A stretch of 54,224 bases of DNA. Origin: an uncultured Flavonifractor sp. GTDB lineage: Bacteria; Bacillota; Clostridia; Oscillospirales; Oscillospiraceae. Below the pieces are notes generated by a model. It saw nothing but the letters and a program-made list of their open reading frames with translations, was not told the origin of the DNA and searched no databases. Position numbers and translations under genes: made by a program. The DNA is taken from positions 1-54,224 of the forward strand of contig CALWOK010000171.1 of assembly GCA_944383125.1 (NCBI GenBank). Direction: 5' to 3'. Below are positions 28,637-38,176 of this stretch, piece by piece (position 1 is the stretch's first letter; each line of letters opens with the position of its first letter).

Positions 28637-28933
28637 TTACTCCATTCCCCTGGCCTTCCGGATCAGGGCAGCGGCTTCCTCAGGCTTGAGAACACGTCCA
28701 GAGGACACCACCTTTTCATCCACCACCAATGCCGGCGTAGTCATCACACCGTACTCTGCAATGCGGGAAAAGTCTCTGATGTGGCCCACTTCCGGCTCCA
28801 GGCCCAACTGGGTCAGCGCTGTTTTTACCGACTCCTCCAGTTGGTTGCATTTGGCGCAGCCAGAACCCAGCACCTTAATAGCGGCAGATTCCTCTCCCGT
28901 TTGTTCCGCTCTCTTTTTTCCAAACAGTCCCAT
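28637..28933 (-). CDS. Small thioredoxin-fold (redox-active disulfide) protein
   Basis: IKVLGSGCAKC, YGVMTTPALVVD..VVSSGR. Confidence 0.9.
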   Translation of the reverse strand: MGLFGKKRAEQTGEESAAIKVLGSGCAKCNQLEESVKTALTQLGLEPEVGHIRDFSRIAEYGVMTTPALVVDEKVVSSGRVLKPEEAAALIRKARGME

Positions 28934-28946
28934 AGAAGCTTCCTCC

Positions 28947-29960
28947 TTATAAAATCAAATATTGCATGGCATTGAACAGATAACCCACCAGTACGATGCC
29001 TACTATACATACCCCGATAAATACAGCCAACAGCTTTGGTTTGACTGCTTTACGCAGCATAATGAGGGAGGGCAGGCTAAGGGTTGTCACCGCCATCATG
29101 AAGGCCAGAATGGTACCCAGCTGCGCACCTTTGAACAGCAGCGCCTCTGCCACCGGGATGGTGCCAAAAATATCGGCGTACATGGGGACCCCCACCAGGG
29201 TTGCCAGAATCACACCGAAGGGATTGTTGCTGCCCAATACCAGCTCAATCCACTCCTCCGGCAGCCAGTTGTGAATGACTGCCCCAATGGCTACCCCAAG
29301 GAGAATAAAGGGAAATACCTTCCGGAAGGTGGCCAGCATCTGATCCCTGGCATAGAGCAGCCGTTGACGGCGGGAAGGCTGTTCCTCCTCCCCCTCCTGA
29401 AAGGGGGCGTGGAGTACAAAGTCTTCCACATACTGCTCCATGCCCAGCTTTTCAATGACAGTGCCGCCGATTACCGCAATGACCAGACCGATCAGCACAT
29501 AGAGAACCGCTACTTTCGCCCCAAAAATGCTCATCAGCAGCACCAGGCTCCCAAGATCCACCATGGGGGAGGAGATCAAAAAGGAAAAGGTTACGCCCAA
29601 CGGCAATCCGGCACTGGTAAAGCCCATAAACAAGGGGATGGAAGAGCAGGAGCAGAAGGGGGTTACCGTCCCCAGCAAAGCCGACAGGATATTTGCCCAT
29701 ATGCCATGAAAACGGCCCAGAATGCGGCGGCTGCGCTCTGGTGGAAAATAGCTTTGAATATAGGAGATGATAAAAATCAGAGTACAGAGCAGGATGACAA
29801 TTTTGATCACATCGTAGAGAAAAAATTGCAGGCTGCCGCCCCATCGGCTGGCCGGGTCCAGACCGATACTGGAAAGACCCTGGCCAATCAGGCGATTGAG
29901 CCACTGCATACCCAGGATCTGTTCCTGAAAAAATTGCCATACGGCTGCCAACATCTCCAT
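28947..29960 (-). CDS. DUF318/ArsP-type permease
   Basis: Multi-TM protein with TPFCSCSSIP, FLISSP, GVPMY, LSLPS motifs. Start may instead be GTG 29969. Confidence 0.85.
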   Translation of the reverse strand: MEMLAAVWQFFQEQILGMQWLNRLIGQGLSSIGLDPASRWGGSLQFFLYDVIKIVILLCTLIFIISYIQSYFPPERSRRILGRFHGIWANILSALLGTVTPFCSCSSIPLFMGFTSAGLPLGVTFSFLISSPMVDLGSLVLLMSIFGAKVAVLYVLIGLVIAVIGGTVIEKLGMEQYVEDFVLHAPFQEGEEEQPSRRQRLLYARDQMLATFRKVFPFILLGVAIGAVIHNWLPEEWIELVLGSNNPFGVILATLVGVPMYADIFGTIPVAEALLFKGAQLGTILAFMMAVTTLSLPSLIMLRKAVKPKLLAVFIGVCIVGIVLVGYLFNAMQYLIL

Positions 29961-29976
29961 AGCGTCCACCTTTCAG

Positions 29977-29992
29977 ATCAAAATATTTTGAT
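29977..29992. promoter_or_regulatory. Palindromic ArsR-type operator (internal copy, before the permease)
   Basis: ATCAAAAT|ATTTTGAT perfect palindrome; near-identical copy at 30314-30329. Confidence 0.65.
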
Positions 29993-30015
29993 GTGTCGAG
30001 GGACAAAAACCCACC

Positions 30016-30300
30016 TTATCCTTTGGGTGTGGTCAGTTCCCGCAGCAGCTGCAATGCAGAATCCCTGCCCGTGGTGCTCAGGCGGTAATGGGTCCACTTC
30101 CCTTCCTGCCGAAAGTCTACCAGACCAGATTGGCACAGGATCTTCATATGATAGGATACTGCCGACTGCCCCATATCCATCCGGTCCATCAGGACACAGG
30201 CGCAGGTTTCTCCGCTTTTCAGCAGATCGAGAATGGCCAGACGTTTGGGATCGCACAGCGCCTTAAAAACCTTGGCTTGCTGCTGAAACCGGGCCTCCAT
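30016..30300 (-). CDS. ArsR/SmtB family metalloregulator
   Basis: FKALCDPKRL.IL, ETCAC metal/metalloid box, QSAVSYHMKIL, GLV..RQEGKWTHY. Confidence 0.93.
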   Translation of the reverse strand: MEARFQQQAKVFKALCDPKRLAILDLLKSGETCACVLMDRMDMGQSAVSYHMKILCQSGLVDFRQEGKWTHYRLSTTGRDSALQLLRELTTPKG

Positions 30301-30313
30301 CCAACCACCTCAA

Positions 30314-30365
30314 ATCAAAATTTTTTGATGTTTTGTATGATACATCAGAGGTAAGCTTTTGTCAA
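30314..30365 (-). promoter_or_regulatory. SigA promoter and ArsR-type operator of the arsR gene
   Basis: Minus strand TTGACA (30365-30360), 17 bp, TATCAT (30342-30337); operator ATCAAAAT-TTTTTGAT (30314-30329) just downstream of the predicted start site. Confidence 0.75.
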
Positions 30366-30402
30366 GGAAAAAATGGTGGTTGCAGCTGGCACTCCAGAGG
30401 AC

Positions 30403-30436
30403 AAAAATCTGGCCTGCCGCAAACTTGCGGCAGGCC
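30403..30436 (-). terminator. Terminator after the phosphodiester glycosidase gene
   Basis: GGCCTGCCGCAA / TTGCGGCAGGCC stem (30411-30436), then AGATTTTT on the minus strand. Confidence 0.75.
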
Positions 30437-30450
30437 CTTTGACTGAAGAC

Positions 30451-31998
30451 TCAATCAGCAACAAATACCTGCAGAGTAGAGGTCAGATTGCGTCCTGGAG
30501 TGGCCAGCATCTGACCGTTATAGTACATGGCCGTCGAGGCGCCGCCGTCCAGATTGATGGCGTCTACACAGCCCAGCGCAAGCATCAGATCCCGCATCTG
30601 TTCAATTTTGGCGCTCTTCACGCTGACCAGAAGCAGCTTGCCATCCCGGGTCGTACCCACGGCAGTGCGGGGAGAGGACATAGTGGTAAATCTGGACTCG
30701 GTAAAGCCGCCATCCAGCTGGGTGTACTTGACGCCATCCTGTACCAGACGGGGGGAGCCGGATACGATGGTTTTCACATCTTCCATGGAGAAACCCTCGG
30801 CGTCTTCTTTGAACAGGTAAGGCTCAATTTCTACCTTGCGGCCCATTTCAGGCTGCTGATACCAGGTGGTAGAGATTACTTTGGTGCTGGAATACAGAAC
30901 AAAACCATTGGACGGAATGGAGATGGTATCCCCGCTTTTTACCGTCTGGTAGTTTGTGGTCACGCCATTGACCACAGTGAGGGCTGCGCCCGGATAGGTG
31001 ACGGGGAAGGAGGCGCCACGGGCCGGGGTATAGAGAACCGACTGATTTTCAAACTGCTTGAGAACATTTACCTCAAAAGCAGACCACTCCTGTACTTTCC
31101 CGCCGTCTGCTGTTTTCACCCGGTAAAACAGGGCCGGCCGACCGTAACGCATCTCATTGGCGCTGGTAATGCCAAGAGAGGAGATGCCGCTGTTGCCGTA
31201 TACAAACTGTCCGTTGACCATCAGGTGGCCGATGGGGTCTTTCACCGCACTGTTGCTGTTAAAGAAATTGGCATTGATGACCGCAACGGCGCCGGAATGG
31301 GATGCAATGGACTGGAAGCTGTTGGGGCTGTTCAGCTTGCCGTTGCTGATGGCAGCTTTTACACTGACCCGTGGATCCTTCATGTTGACCGTAATCACAT
31401 TGGCGCTTACGGTACCGGAGGCCAGGGCGTAGCTTTTGCTGGTCAGGGTGACAGGGTTTTCCTTGGGTGTGGATACCTCCATCAGCTTCTTCACCTGGGA
31501 AAGAGCAGTCAGGGCTGTGAGATCCAGATCGCCATTTGCCACCACCACAATTTTGTTGGTACCCTCCCAGCCAACCTTCAGCCCCAGATGTTCACTGACA
31601 AAACGGACCGGAACAAAAGAGCGGTTGTTTTTCAGGCGCATAGGTACATCCATGGTCACTTCCTGCCCGTTGACCAGCGCCGCCGTAGAATCATAGTTGA
31701 GTTCTACCGCACTGCCATTCAGGGAGCAGCGTACCGTTTTGGTTTCGGCTACCCACTCCACGGTACCGCCGAAGGACTCAATGATGCGGCGGATGGGCAG
31801 CATGGTTCGGTTATCTTCCATCATGGGTACCACGCTGCTGTTGCTCTCGTCCAGCTGAGTTGCAGTGTCACCAATGACACACCAAGGACTGTTCAGACGC
31901 ATGGCAACCACCATGGTGGGCTGGGCCGCTGTTACCACAGGGACCAGGCTCAGCATCAGCACCAGAACGGTCAGCAGGGAAATCAGGCGACGTTTCAT
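30451..31998 (-). CDS. Secreted protein: copper-amine-oxidase N-terminal (stalk) domain plus phosphodiester glycosidase (NAGPA/DUF2233) domain
   Basis: Signal peptide MKRRLISLLTVLVLML; RTMLPIR.I.E.FG..VEW and RSFVPVRFVSEHLG..V.W; INANFF, SPRTAVG, AINLDGGAST. SD AGGAGG. Confidence 0.85.
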   Translation of the reverse strand: MKRRLISLLTVLVLMLSLVPVVTAAQPTMVVAMRLNSPWCVIGDTATQLDESNSSVVPMMEDNRTMLPIRRIIESFGGTVEWVAETKTVRCSLNGSAVELNYDSTAALVNGQEVTMDVPMRLKNNRSFVPVRFVSEHLGLKVGWEGTNKIVVVANGDLDLTALTALSQVKKLMEVSTPKENPVTLTSKSYALASGTVSANVITVNMKDPRVSVKAAISNGKLNSPNSFQSIASHSGAVAVINANFFNSNSAVKDPIGHLMVNGQFVYGNSGISSLGITSANEMRYGRPALFYRVKTADGGKVQEWSAFEVNVLKQFENQSVLYTPARGASFPVTYPGAALTVVNGVTTNYQTVKSGDTISIPSNGFVLYSSTKVISTTWYQQPEMGRKVEIEPYLFKEDAEGFSMEDVKTIVSGSPRLVQDGVKYTQLDGGFTESRFTTMSSPRTAVGTTRDGKLLLVSVKSAKIEQMRDLMLALGCVDAINLDGGASTAMYYNGQMLATPGRNLTSTLQVFVAD

Positions 31999-32033
31999 AC
32001 AGATTCCTCCTTTGTGTATGACTCTTTTCTCTT

Positions 32034-33995
32034 TCAGTGTCCTTTCTTTTTGCCCGGACGGGCATTTTTCTTGGGTTTTGCCACGGCCCACCCAGCTTTT
32101 TTCACCGGTTTGGGTTTGGCGGCAGCGCCGGCCATGTTTACCCCCTTTCTCTTTCCCCCGTCAGGCTTGCGGGGGACGGCATGAGAGGCGGCAGGCTTAT
32201 GGTGCTCCGGACGGAGCAGGCACTCCTTTCCAAAACCGATCAGATCCTCCCGATGCGTCCGATGGAGGGCTTCCCGCACCAGCGCCCGCTTTTCAGGCCG
32301 CTTCCACTGCATCAAAGCCCGCTGCATGGCCTTTTCATGGGGGTCTTTTGGCACATATACCGGCTGCATGGTTCTGGGATCTATGCCGGTATAGTACATA
32401 CAGGTTGACAATGTGCCGGGGGTGGGATAAAAATCCTGTACCTGCTCCGGCTGGCGGCCGGTCCGGTGGAGCCACTGGGCCAGACCTACCGCATCTTCCA
32501 GGGTACAGCCTGGATGAGAGGACATCAGATAGGGTACCAGATACTGCTCTTTTCCATATTTCTGGTTCAGGCGTTCATACTTCCGCTTGAATGTTTCATA
32601 GACGTCAATATGGGGCTTTCCCATACAGTCCAGCACGGAATTGATACAGTGCTCCGGGGCAACCTTGAGCTGTCCGGACACATGATGCTTGACCAGTTCC
32701 GCAAAAAATTCCCCGTTTCCGTCCTTCAGCAAAAAGTCAAACCGGATACCCGAGCGAATAAAAACCTTTTTTACCCCAGGTACCTGGCGGATTTTGCGCA
32801 GCAGCATGAGATAATCGGTGTGGTCGGCGTCCAGATTCGGGCAGGCAGTGGGAGAAAGACAGGCCTTCCCACGGCACAGCCCGGCTTTCATCTGCTTTTT
32901 GCAGGCTGGACGGCGGAAATTGGCGGTAGGTCCGCCCACATCATGGATATATCCTTTGAAGCCGGGGTGCTTTACCAGCCCCTCTACCTCCCGCAGGACA
33001 CTCTCGTGGCTGCGGGACGAGATGATCCGTCCCTGATGAAAGGCCAGGGAGCAGAAATGACATGCCCCAAAGCAGCCCCGGTTGTGTGTCACGGAAAAGC
33101 GTACCTCCTCAATGGCCGGTACCCCGCCCATGGAATCATACATGGGATGAGGCTCCCGGACATAGGGCAGTTCTGCCACAAAATCCAGCTGGGCTGTGGT
33201 TAAGGGCATGGAAGGCGGATTGACAATCAGCACCCGATCTCCATGGCGCTGAAGAATGGCCTTTCCACGGATGGGGTCGTGCTCCTCATACTGAATCTGA
33301 TTGGCCACCGCATACTGCCGCTTGTCTGCCCGTACCTGTTCAAAGGAGGGACATTCTACCTTGGGATAAGCGCAGACAGATGGATTTTGTGCAAGAAAGG
33401 CTGTACCTTTTACATCCATAATCTCTTTGACCGGTGTACCGGAGGCCAGCCGGGCGGCGATCTCTCTTGTCGCAGTCTCCCCCATGCCATAGACCAGCAG
33501 ATCGGCCTGACTGTCCAGCAGGATCGAACGGCGTACCTGATCGTCCCAATAGTCATAGTGGGCAAACCGCCGCAGGGATGCTTCCAGGCCGCCAATGACC
33601 AGCGGAATGTCTCCAAAGGCTTCCCGCACTTTGTTTGCATATACAATGGCAGCCCGGTCAGGCCGCAGACCGCTCCGGTTGCCCGGAGAATAGGCGTCAT
33701 CGTGGCGACGCTTTTTAGCTGCGGTATAGTGGGCTACCATGGAGTCCAGATTACCGGCGGACAGCATAATCCCCAGTCTGGGACGGCCCAATACAGTAAA
33801 GGATGCCGCTTTGCGCCAGTCGGGTTGGGCCAGAATGGCCACCCGGTAGCCATCGGCCTCCAGCAGCCGGGAGATAAGCGCAGTGCCAAAGGAAGGGTGG
33901 TCCACATAGGCGTCGCCGGTGATGATCAAAAAGTCATACCCGTCCCAACCACGGGCTTCCATATCCGCCTTGGAGACGGGTAAAAATGTGTTCAT
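32034..33995 (-). CDS. YgiQ family radical SAM protein
   Basis: ITGDAYVDHPSFG, GNLDSMV, RGCFGACHFC (CxxxCxxC), DVGGPTAN, LKVAPEH, QVQDFYPTP. Confidence 0.93.
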   Translation of the reverse strand: MNTFLPVSKADMEARGWDGYDFLIITGDAYVDHPSFGTALISRLLEADGYRVAILAQPDWRKAASFTVLGRPRLGIMLSAGNLDSMVAHYTAAKKRRHDDAYSPGNRSGLRPDRAAIVYANKVREAFGDIPLVIGGLEASLRRFAHYDYWDDQVRRSILLDSQADLLVYGMGETATREIAARLASGTPVKEIMDVKGTAFLAQNPSVCAYPKVECPSFEQVRADKRQYAVANQIQYEEHDPIRGKAILQRHGDRVLIVNPPSMPLTTAQLDFVAELPYVREPHPMYDSMGGVPAIEEVRFSVTHNRGCFGACHFCSLAFHQGRIISSRSHESVLREVEGLVKHPGFKGYIHDVGGPTANFRRPACKKQMKAGLCRGKACLSPTACPNLDADHTDYLMLLRKIRQVPGVKKVFIRSGIRFDFLLKDGNGEFFAELVKHHVSGQLKVAPEHCINSVLDCMGKPHIDVYETFKRKYERLNQKYGKEQYLVPYLMSSHPGCTLEDAVGLAQWLHRTGRQPEQVQDFYPTPGTLSTCMYYTGIDPRTMQPVYVPKDPHEKAMQRALMQWKRPEKRALVREALHRTHREDLIGFGKECLLRPEHHKPAASHAVPRKPDGGKRKGVNMAGAAAKPKPVKKAGWAVAKPKKNARPGKKKGH

Positions 33996-34007
33996 ACAGT
34001 TCCTCAA

Positions 34008-35171
34008 TCAATCTTTGGTTTCATAGCCAATGTATTTTTCCAGCAAGTCCAGCGGCACCCGGGCGCCAGGAGCCTCCCCAATCTTCTCAAACCCATACTT
34101 TTTATAAAAACGCTGGGCGATTTCATTGTCGGGCGCACACCGCAGCATGAGTTTGGTGCGGCCGAGGGGGCGGTATACCGAGATCGCCTGCCCCAGCAGC
34201 TGTACCCCCAGGCCCCGTTTCCGGTGCTTTGGGTCCATGTACACAAAGGGGATATAGCCCACGCCCTGATCGGCATGGCGCTCCAGATCCAGCTGGAGCA
34301 GTCCGGCCACCTCTTCCCGCTGCATCACGGCAAAAAGAGATGTTTTGGGATTTTGCTGCCAGCAGCGTCTGGCGTCCTGCAAAAAGCCTGTCCCATCAAA
34401 GGGAACGGCGGAGCCGTGAATATTTACCCATGCCTCATGCCGGGCATTGAGAAAAAGGCGCTCTTCCGCTTCCAGATTCAAAGGACGGAACCACAGGTTG
34501 GCATCGGCGCTGCTTCCCTCCCGGGACTTCCACCAGTTCTGACGGGCAAGGGTGGAAATCTCTTCCGGCAAATGGGAATTGTCATTTTCAAAGAGAATAC
34601 GAATCTGATCGCCCTCTGCCTCCAGACAGGTAACAGCAGTGTTATCGCTGTGGCCCAAGCAATCCATCTCTCCCGGACCAAGGCCCCGGACAGCCCCTTG
34701 CAAACAGCGGATGGCGGAGCCGTGGGAAAAAAGGGCCACCGTCTGTCCAGGATGGCGGGCTGCAATGTCCAGCACAGCCCCTTTCATCCGGCGCTGTACC
34801 TGGGCAAAGGTTTCTCCCCCCTCCACCTGGAACTCTGGAGAGGCGTGATTGAAATGAATGAGCCGCATGGCGTCATAGCGTTCCAACCCGCCCCAGGGCT
34901 GATCCTCCCATACACCCACGCCGATTTCCCGCAGATCAGGCGTGGTATGCAGCTGCAGGCCATGGCTGGGATAGATGGCTTTGGCGGTAGTCATGGTACG
35001 GAACAGGTCGCTGGAGTATACTGCGTCAATGTGTACGTTGGCAAACCGGCCACGCAGGGCGGCAATCTGCCGGTAGCCGTTGTCAGTGATCAGGCTGTTG
35101 TACCAGCCATGAACCCGGCGATACAGGTTGCCTTCGGCCTCTGCATGTCGAATCAAGTATAATTGGGTCAT
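34008..35171 (-). CDS. Histidine-phosphatase (PGM-like) plus GNAT acetyltransferase fusion
   Basis: LYLIRHAE, YSSDL.R...TA, LREI..GVWE, GGET, SHG; C-terminal YMDPKHRKRGLGVQLL and N..AQRFYKKYGF. Confidence 0.88.
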   Translation of the reverse strand: MTQLYLIRHAEAEGNLYRRVHGWYNSLITDNGYRQIAALRGRFANVHIDAVYSSDLFRTMTTAKAIYPSHGLQLHTTPDLREIGVGVWEDQPWGGLERYDAMRLIHFNHASPEFQVEGGETFAQVQRRMKGAVLDIAARHPGQTVALFSHGSAIRCLQGAVRGLGPGEMDCLGHSDNTAVTCLEAEGDQIRILFENDNSHLPEEISTLARQNWWKSREGSSADANLWFRPLNLEAEERLFLNARHEAWVNIHGSAVPFDGTGFLQDARRCWQQNPKTSLFAVMQREEVAGLLQLDLERHADQGVGYIPFVYMDPKHRKRGLGVQLLGQAISVYRPLGRTKLMLRCAPDNEIAQRFYKKYGFEKIGEAPGARVPLDLLEKYIGYETKD

Positions 35172-35521
35172 CGGTTTCTCTCTTCTCCTGTGGATTGTAT
35201 TGTCTCATGCCGTCCTTTCATTTCAAAGTGGATGAGCAGAGACAAAAGGGCGCGCAGCAGGACGACAGCACCCAGAACCAGAAGCTCATTGAGCTCCCGC
35301 ACCAGGACGGTCTTCAGAATCTCTGCTGCCATCTTGAATTCCAGACTGGTAGCCAGTCCGTTTGCCAGGTCAAATTTAATGTCATATACCCGATGGGTCC
35401 ATAGGCTGCGCAGATAATTCCAGAATCCCCGGGCCGCAGTGATAATCACCACCACGATACCCATCAGCTCACAGATGGAGATGATCGTGGGAAGGATATG
35501 CTGAATCAGTTCTTCCAACAT
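35168..35521 (-). CDS. DUF1622 family membrane protein
   Basis: LA.GL...LEF..AAEILKTV...L..LGAVVLLRALLS..IHFE. Confidence 0.8.
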   Translation of the reverse strand: MLEELIQHILPTIISICELMGIVVVIITAARGFWNYLRSLWTHRVYDIKFDLANGLATSLEFKMAAEILKTVLVRELNELLVLGAVVLLRALLSLLIHFEMKGRHETIQSTGEERNR

Positions 35522-35533
35522 GGCAGTGGGCGC

Positions 35534-36451
35534 TTACCAGGGGCGTACGCCGCCGGTCAGGTCAGACACTTTGTCAAGCCTCTGCTGGCTGGCGATGTCC
35601 GCCAGACCGTCCCGCACCTTGATGGGGGCATAGGGGTCGGCGAAGCAGGCGGTACCTACCGCTACTGCAGAGGCCCCGGCCAGCATAAGCTGGGCGGCGT
35701 CCTCCCCTTTGGCAACCCCTCCCATGCCCAAAATGGGCAGATCTACCGCACAAGCGACCTCCCAAACCATCCGTACCGCCACCGGCAGGACAGCAGGGCC
35801 GGACAAGCCGCCGGTATTCATCTTCAGGATCGGCCGCCGGGTATTCAGGTCAATGCGCATCCCCCGCAGGGTATTGATGAGGGACAGGGCATCGGCTCCT
35901 GCGTCTGCCACCGCTCTGGCAATTTCGGTGATATCGGTTACATTGGGGGACAGCTTGACCATGACAGGGACGGTAGCGTGCTCTTTGGCAACCTTTGTAA
36001 CCTCAGCAGCAAGCTCCGGCTTGGTGCCATAGGCCAACCCACCTGCTTTGACATTGGGACAGGAAATGTTGACCTCGATCATGTCAACTCCGGCCTGGGA
36101 CAGCTTTTCACACATGATGCCGTATTCCTCCGGGGTGTTGCCAGAAATGTTGGCGATCACTGCCAGGTCGTGCTTCCGCAATTCGGGCAGTTCCTGTTCA
36201 ATAAAGGCGTCTACGCCTGGATTTTGCAGACCTACCGAGTTGAGGATGCCCATTGGGGTTTCGGCAATACGGGGGGGCGGGTTTCCCTCTCTTCTGTGAA
36301 GGGTAAGACCTTTACAGCAAATGCCGCCCAGCTCGCTCAAATGGTAAAACTGACCGTACTCCCGGCCAAAGCCGAAGGTACCGGAGGCCACAACAACAGG
36401 GTTTTTCATTGTTACGCCAGCCAGTTCCACCGACAAATCTACCTTAGACAT
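35534..36451 (-). CDS. pyrD: Dihydroorotate dehydrogenase family 1B, catalytic subunit
   Basis: NPVVVASGTFG, NSVGLQNPG, EVNISCPNV, VKLSPN, LINT, GGLSGP. Confidence 0.97.
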   Translation of the reverse strand: MSKVDLSVELAGVTMKNPVVVASGTFGFGREYGQFYHLSELGGICCKGLTLHRREGNPPPRIAETPMGILNSVGLQNPGVDAFIEQELPELRKHDLAVIANISGNTPEEYGIMCEKLSQAGVDMIEVNISCPNVKAGGLAYGTKPELAAEVTKVAKEHATVPVMVKLSPNVTDITEIARAVADAGADALSLINTLRGMRIDLNTRRPILKMNTGGLSGPAVLPVAVRMVWEVACAVDLPILGMGGVAKGEDAAQLMLAGASAVAVGTACFADPYAPIKVRDGLADIASQQRLDKVSDLTGGVRPW

Positions 36452-37223
36452 TCCAGTCCACCTCCTCGGCGGCAAAGACAGGTCCGTCCTTGCACACATG
36501 TTTCATGGTGCCGTCTGCCATCTGGATGGCACAGCCCAGACAGGCGCCCACGCCGCAGGCCATCCGCTCTTCCATAGACACCTGACAGGGTACACCAAAC
36601 TCGGCGGCTGTCTTTGCCACATTTTTCAGCATGGGCTTGGGTCCGCAGGCAAGTACCGCTGTAAAATCCCTGTCCTGGGCAAGAATATCCCGGACCTGGG
36701 CATCTACAAAGCCGTGGCGGCCAGCACTTCCGTCATCGGTGCAAAGGAATATTTCTTTACAGCAATCCCGGAACCGGTCAGCCAGAATGACCCGCTCTGC
36801 GGACCGGAAGCCCAGCACAGCCACCGCATTTTGGTGGTAGGCTTCGGCATAGCCCAGCAGGGGCGGCACACCGATACCGCCCCCTACCAGGAGATAGCGG
36901 CCCTTCTCCTCCACTGTAAAGCCGTTGCCCAGGGGGCCAAGCACACTGACCTGATCTCCCACCTTGCGCTGGGCGAGCCAGCGGGTCCCCTCCCCCTTCA
37001 CCTCAAAGATCAGGGCGGCGGTGTTTTCCGGTTCGTCATCCAGAGCATAGGCCACGGAGATGGGGCGGCGGAGCAGCAGACCCTCGCCGCAGGCCACATG
37101 AAGAAATTGGCCGGCCCGAAGTCCCTGTTCAGCCACCAGCTTACCAACCTCCAGAGTCATCCAGTAGGTGCTGTTGTTGAGGGGAGTCATTTCTGTGATG
37201 GTACAGAGCTGTTCTATGGGCAT
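36444..37223 (-). CDS. pyrK: Dihydroorotate dehydrogenase electron transfer subunit
   Basis: RRPISV, GPLGNGF, GGGIGVPP, CGPKPM, EERMACGVGACLGC...VCKDGPVF. Confidence 0.95.
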   Translation of the reverse strand: MPIEQLCTITEMTPLNNSTYWMTLEVGKLVAEQGLRAGQFLHVACGEGLLLRRPISVAYALDDEPENTAALIFEVKGEGTRWLAQRKVGDQVSVLGPLGNGFTVEEKGRYLLVGGGIGVPPLLGYAEAYHQNAVAVLGFRSAERVILADRFRDCCKEIFLCTDDGSAGRHGFVDAQVRDILAQDRDFTAVLACGPKPMLKNVAKTAAEFGVPCQVSMEERMACGVGACLGCAIQMADGTMKHVCKDGPVFAAEEVDWNV

Positions 37224-37235
37224 CGTCTTCCCTCC

Positions 37236-38162
37236 TTATCCAATGGCAGTAAAGCGGCAGATGTCATCCCGCATGGCGATGGCCGCATTGCGGGCGGCCT
37301 CCTGGTAGTCCTGACCGTCCTTGCCGGTTTTTTGCCAGGCACAGATGATACCGCGGGAGGAGTTGACAATCGCACCCCGGCCCTTGTCCTGGAAGGCGTA
37401 CTGCACATCCTCAGCCGTACCCCCCTGGGCTCCATAGCCGGGAACCAGCAGGAAGGTATGGGGCATCCGGGCACGAATCTGCTGTAATTCAGTGGGATGG
37501 GTAGCGCCAGCCACTGCGCCGGCCATGGTATAGCCATACTTGCCCTCGGTGCCTGCGCCCCATTTTTCAATGAGGTCAGCCATCAGGCCATACACCGTAT
37601 CTCCCGCACCGGCCGATACATTTTGCAGCTCGCCGGAGCCGGGATTGGAGGTCTTGGCCAGGATGAAGGTACACTTATCCAGCTCTTTACAGGTCTTCAG
37701 GAAGGGATTGACGCTGTCTGCCCCCATATAGCCGTTTAGGGTAACACAGTCGGCATCAAAAGAGGAGATGGACTGCCACCCCACTTTGGTGGTTCCCAGC
37801 CAGCCGTCGGAGTAGGCCTCGGCGGTGGAACCGATATCCCCCCGTTTAATGTCGGCAATGACAAAAAAGCCTTTCTCTTTGGCATAGCGGATGGTGCGCT
37901 CCAGCACCTCCATACCCCGCCAGCCCAGCCGCTCGTAGTAGGCGGACTGGGGCTTGACGGCAGGGACAATATCGTACAGAGCGTCCATCAGGCCGCAGTT
38001 AAAGCGGAAAATGGCCTCGGCAGCACCCTCCAGCGTTTCGCCGTACATTTCATAGCACTCCTTGCGGATGTGCATGGGTACATACTCCGGCTTGGGATCC
38101 AGACCGACAACTGTAGGATTTTTCTTGGCAATAATGGCCTCTTGCAGATGATCGAAGGACAT
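37236..38162 (-). CDS. pyrF: Orotidine-5'-phosphate decarboxylase
   Basis: VGLDP, AVKPQ, DIKRGDIGST, TSNP, LVPGYGAQG, VNSSR. Confidence 0.97.
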   Translation of the reverse strand: MSFDHLQEAIIAKKNPTVVGLDPKPEYVPMHIRKECYEMYGETLEGAAEAIFRFNCGLMDALYDIVPAVKPQSAYYERLGWRGMEVLERTIRYAKEKGFFVIADIKRGDIGSTAEAYSDGWLGTTKVGWQSISSFDADCVTLNGYMGADSVNPFLKTCKELDKCTFILAKTSNPGSGELQNVSAGAGDTVYGLMADLIEKWGAGTEGKYGYTMAGAVAGATHPTELQQIRARMPHTFLLVPGYGAQGGTAEDVQYAFQDKGRGAIVNSSRGIICAWQKTGKDGQDYQEAARNAAIAMRDDICRFTAIG

Positions 38163-38176
38163 GGTTCAGCTCTCCT

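Noticed and set aside
29978-30256. Alternative-frame 92-aa ORF over arsR
   Set aside because: The arsR frame has the family motifs and SD; this frame has neither.
30373-32184. 603-aa antisense ORF over the phosphodiester glycosidase gene
   Set aside because: Mirror of a well-supported minus-strand gene; no independent signals.
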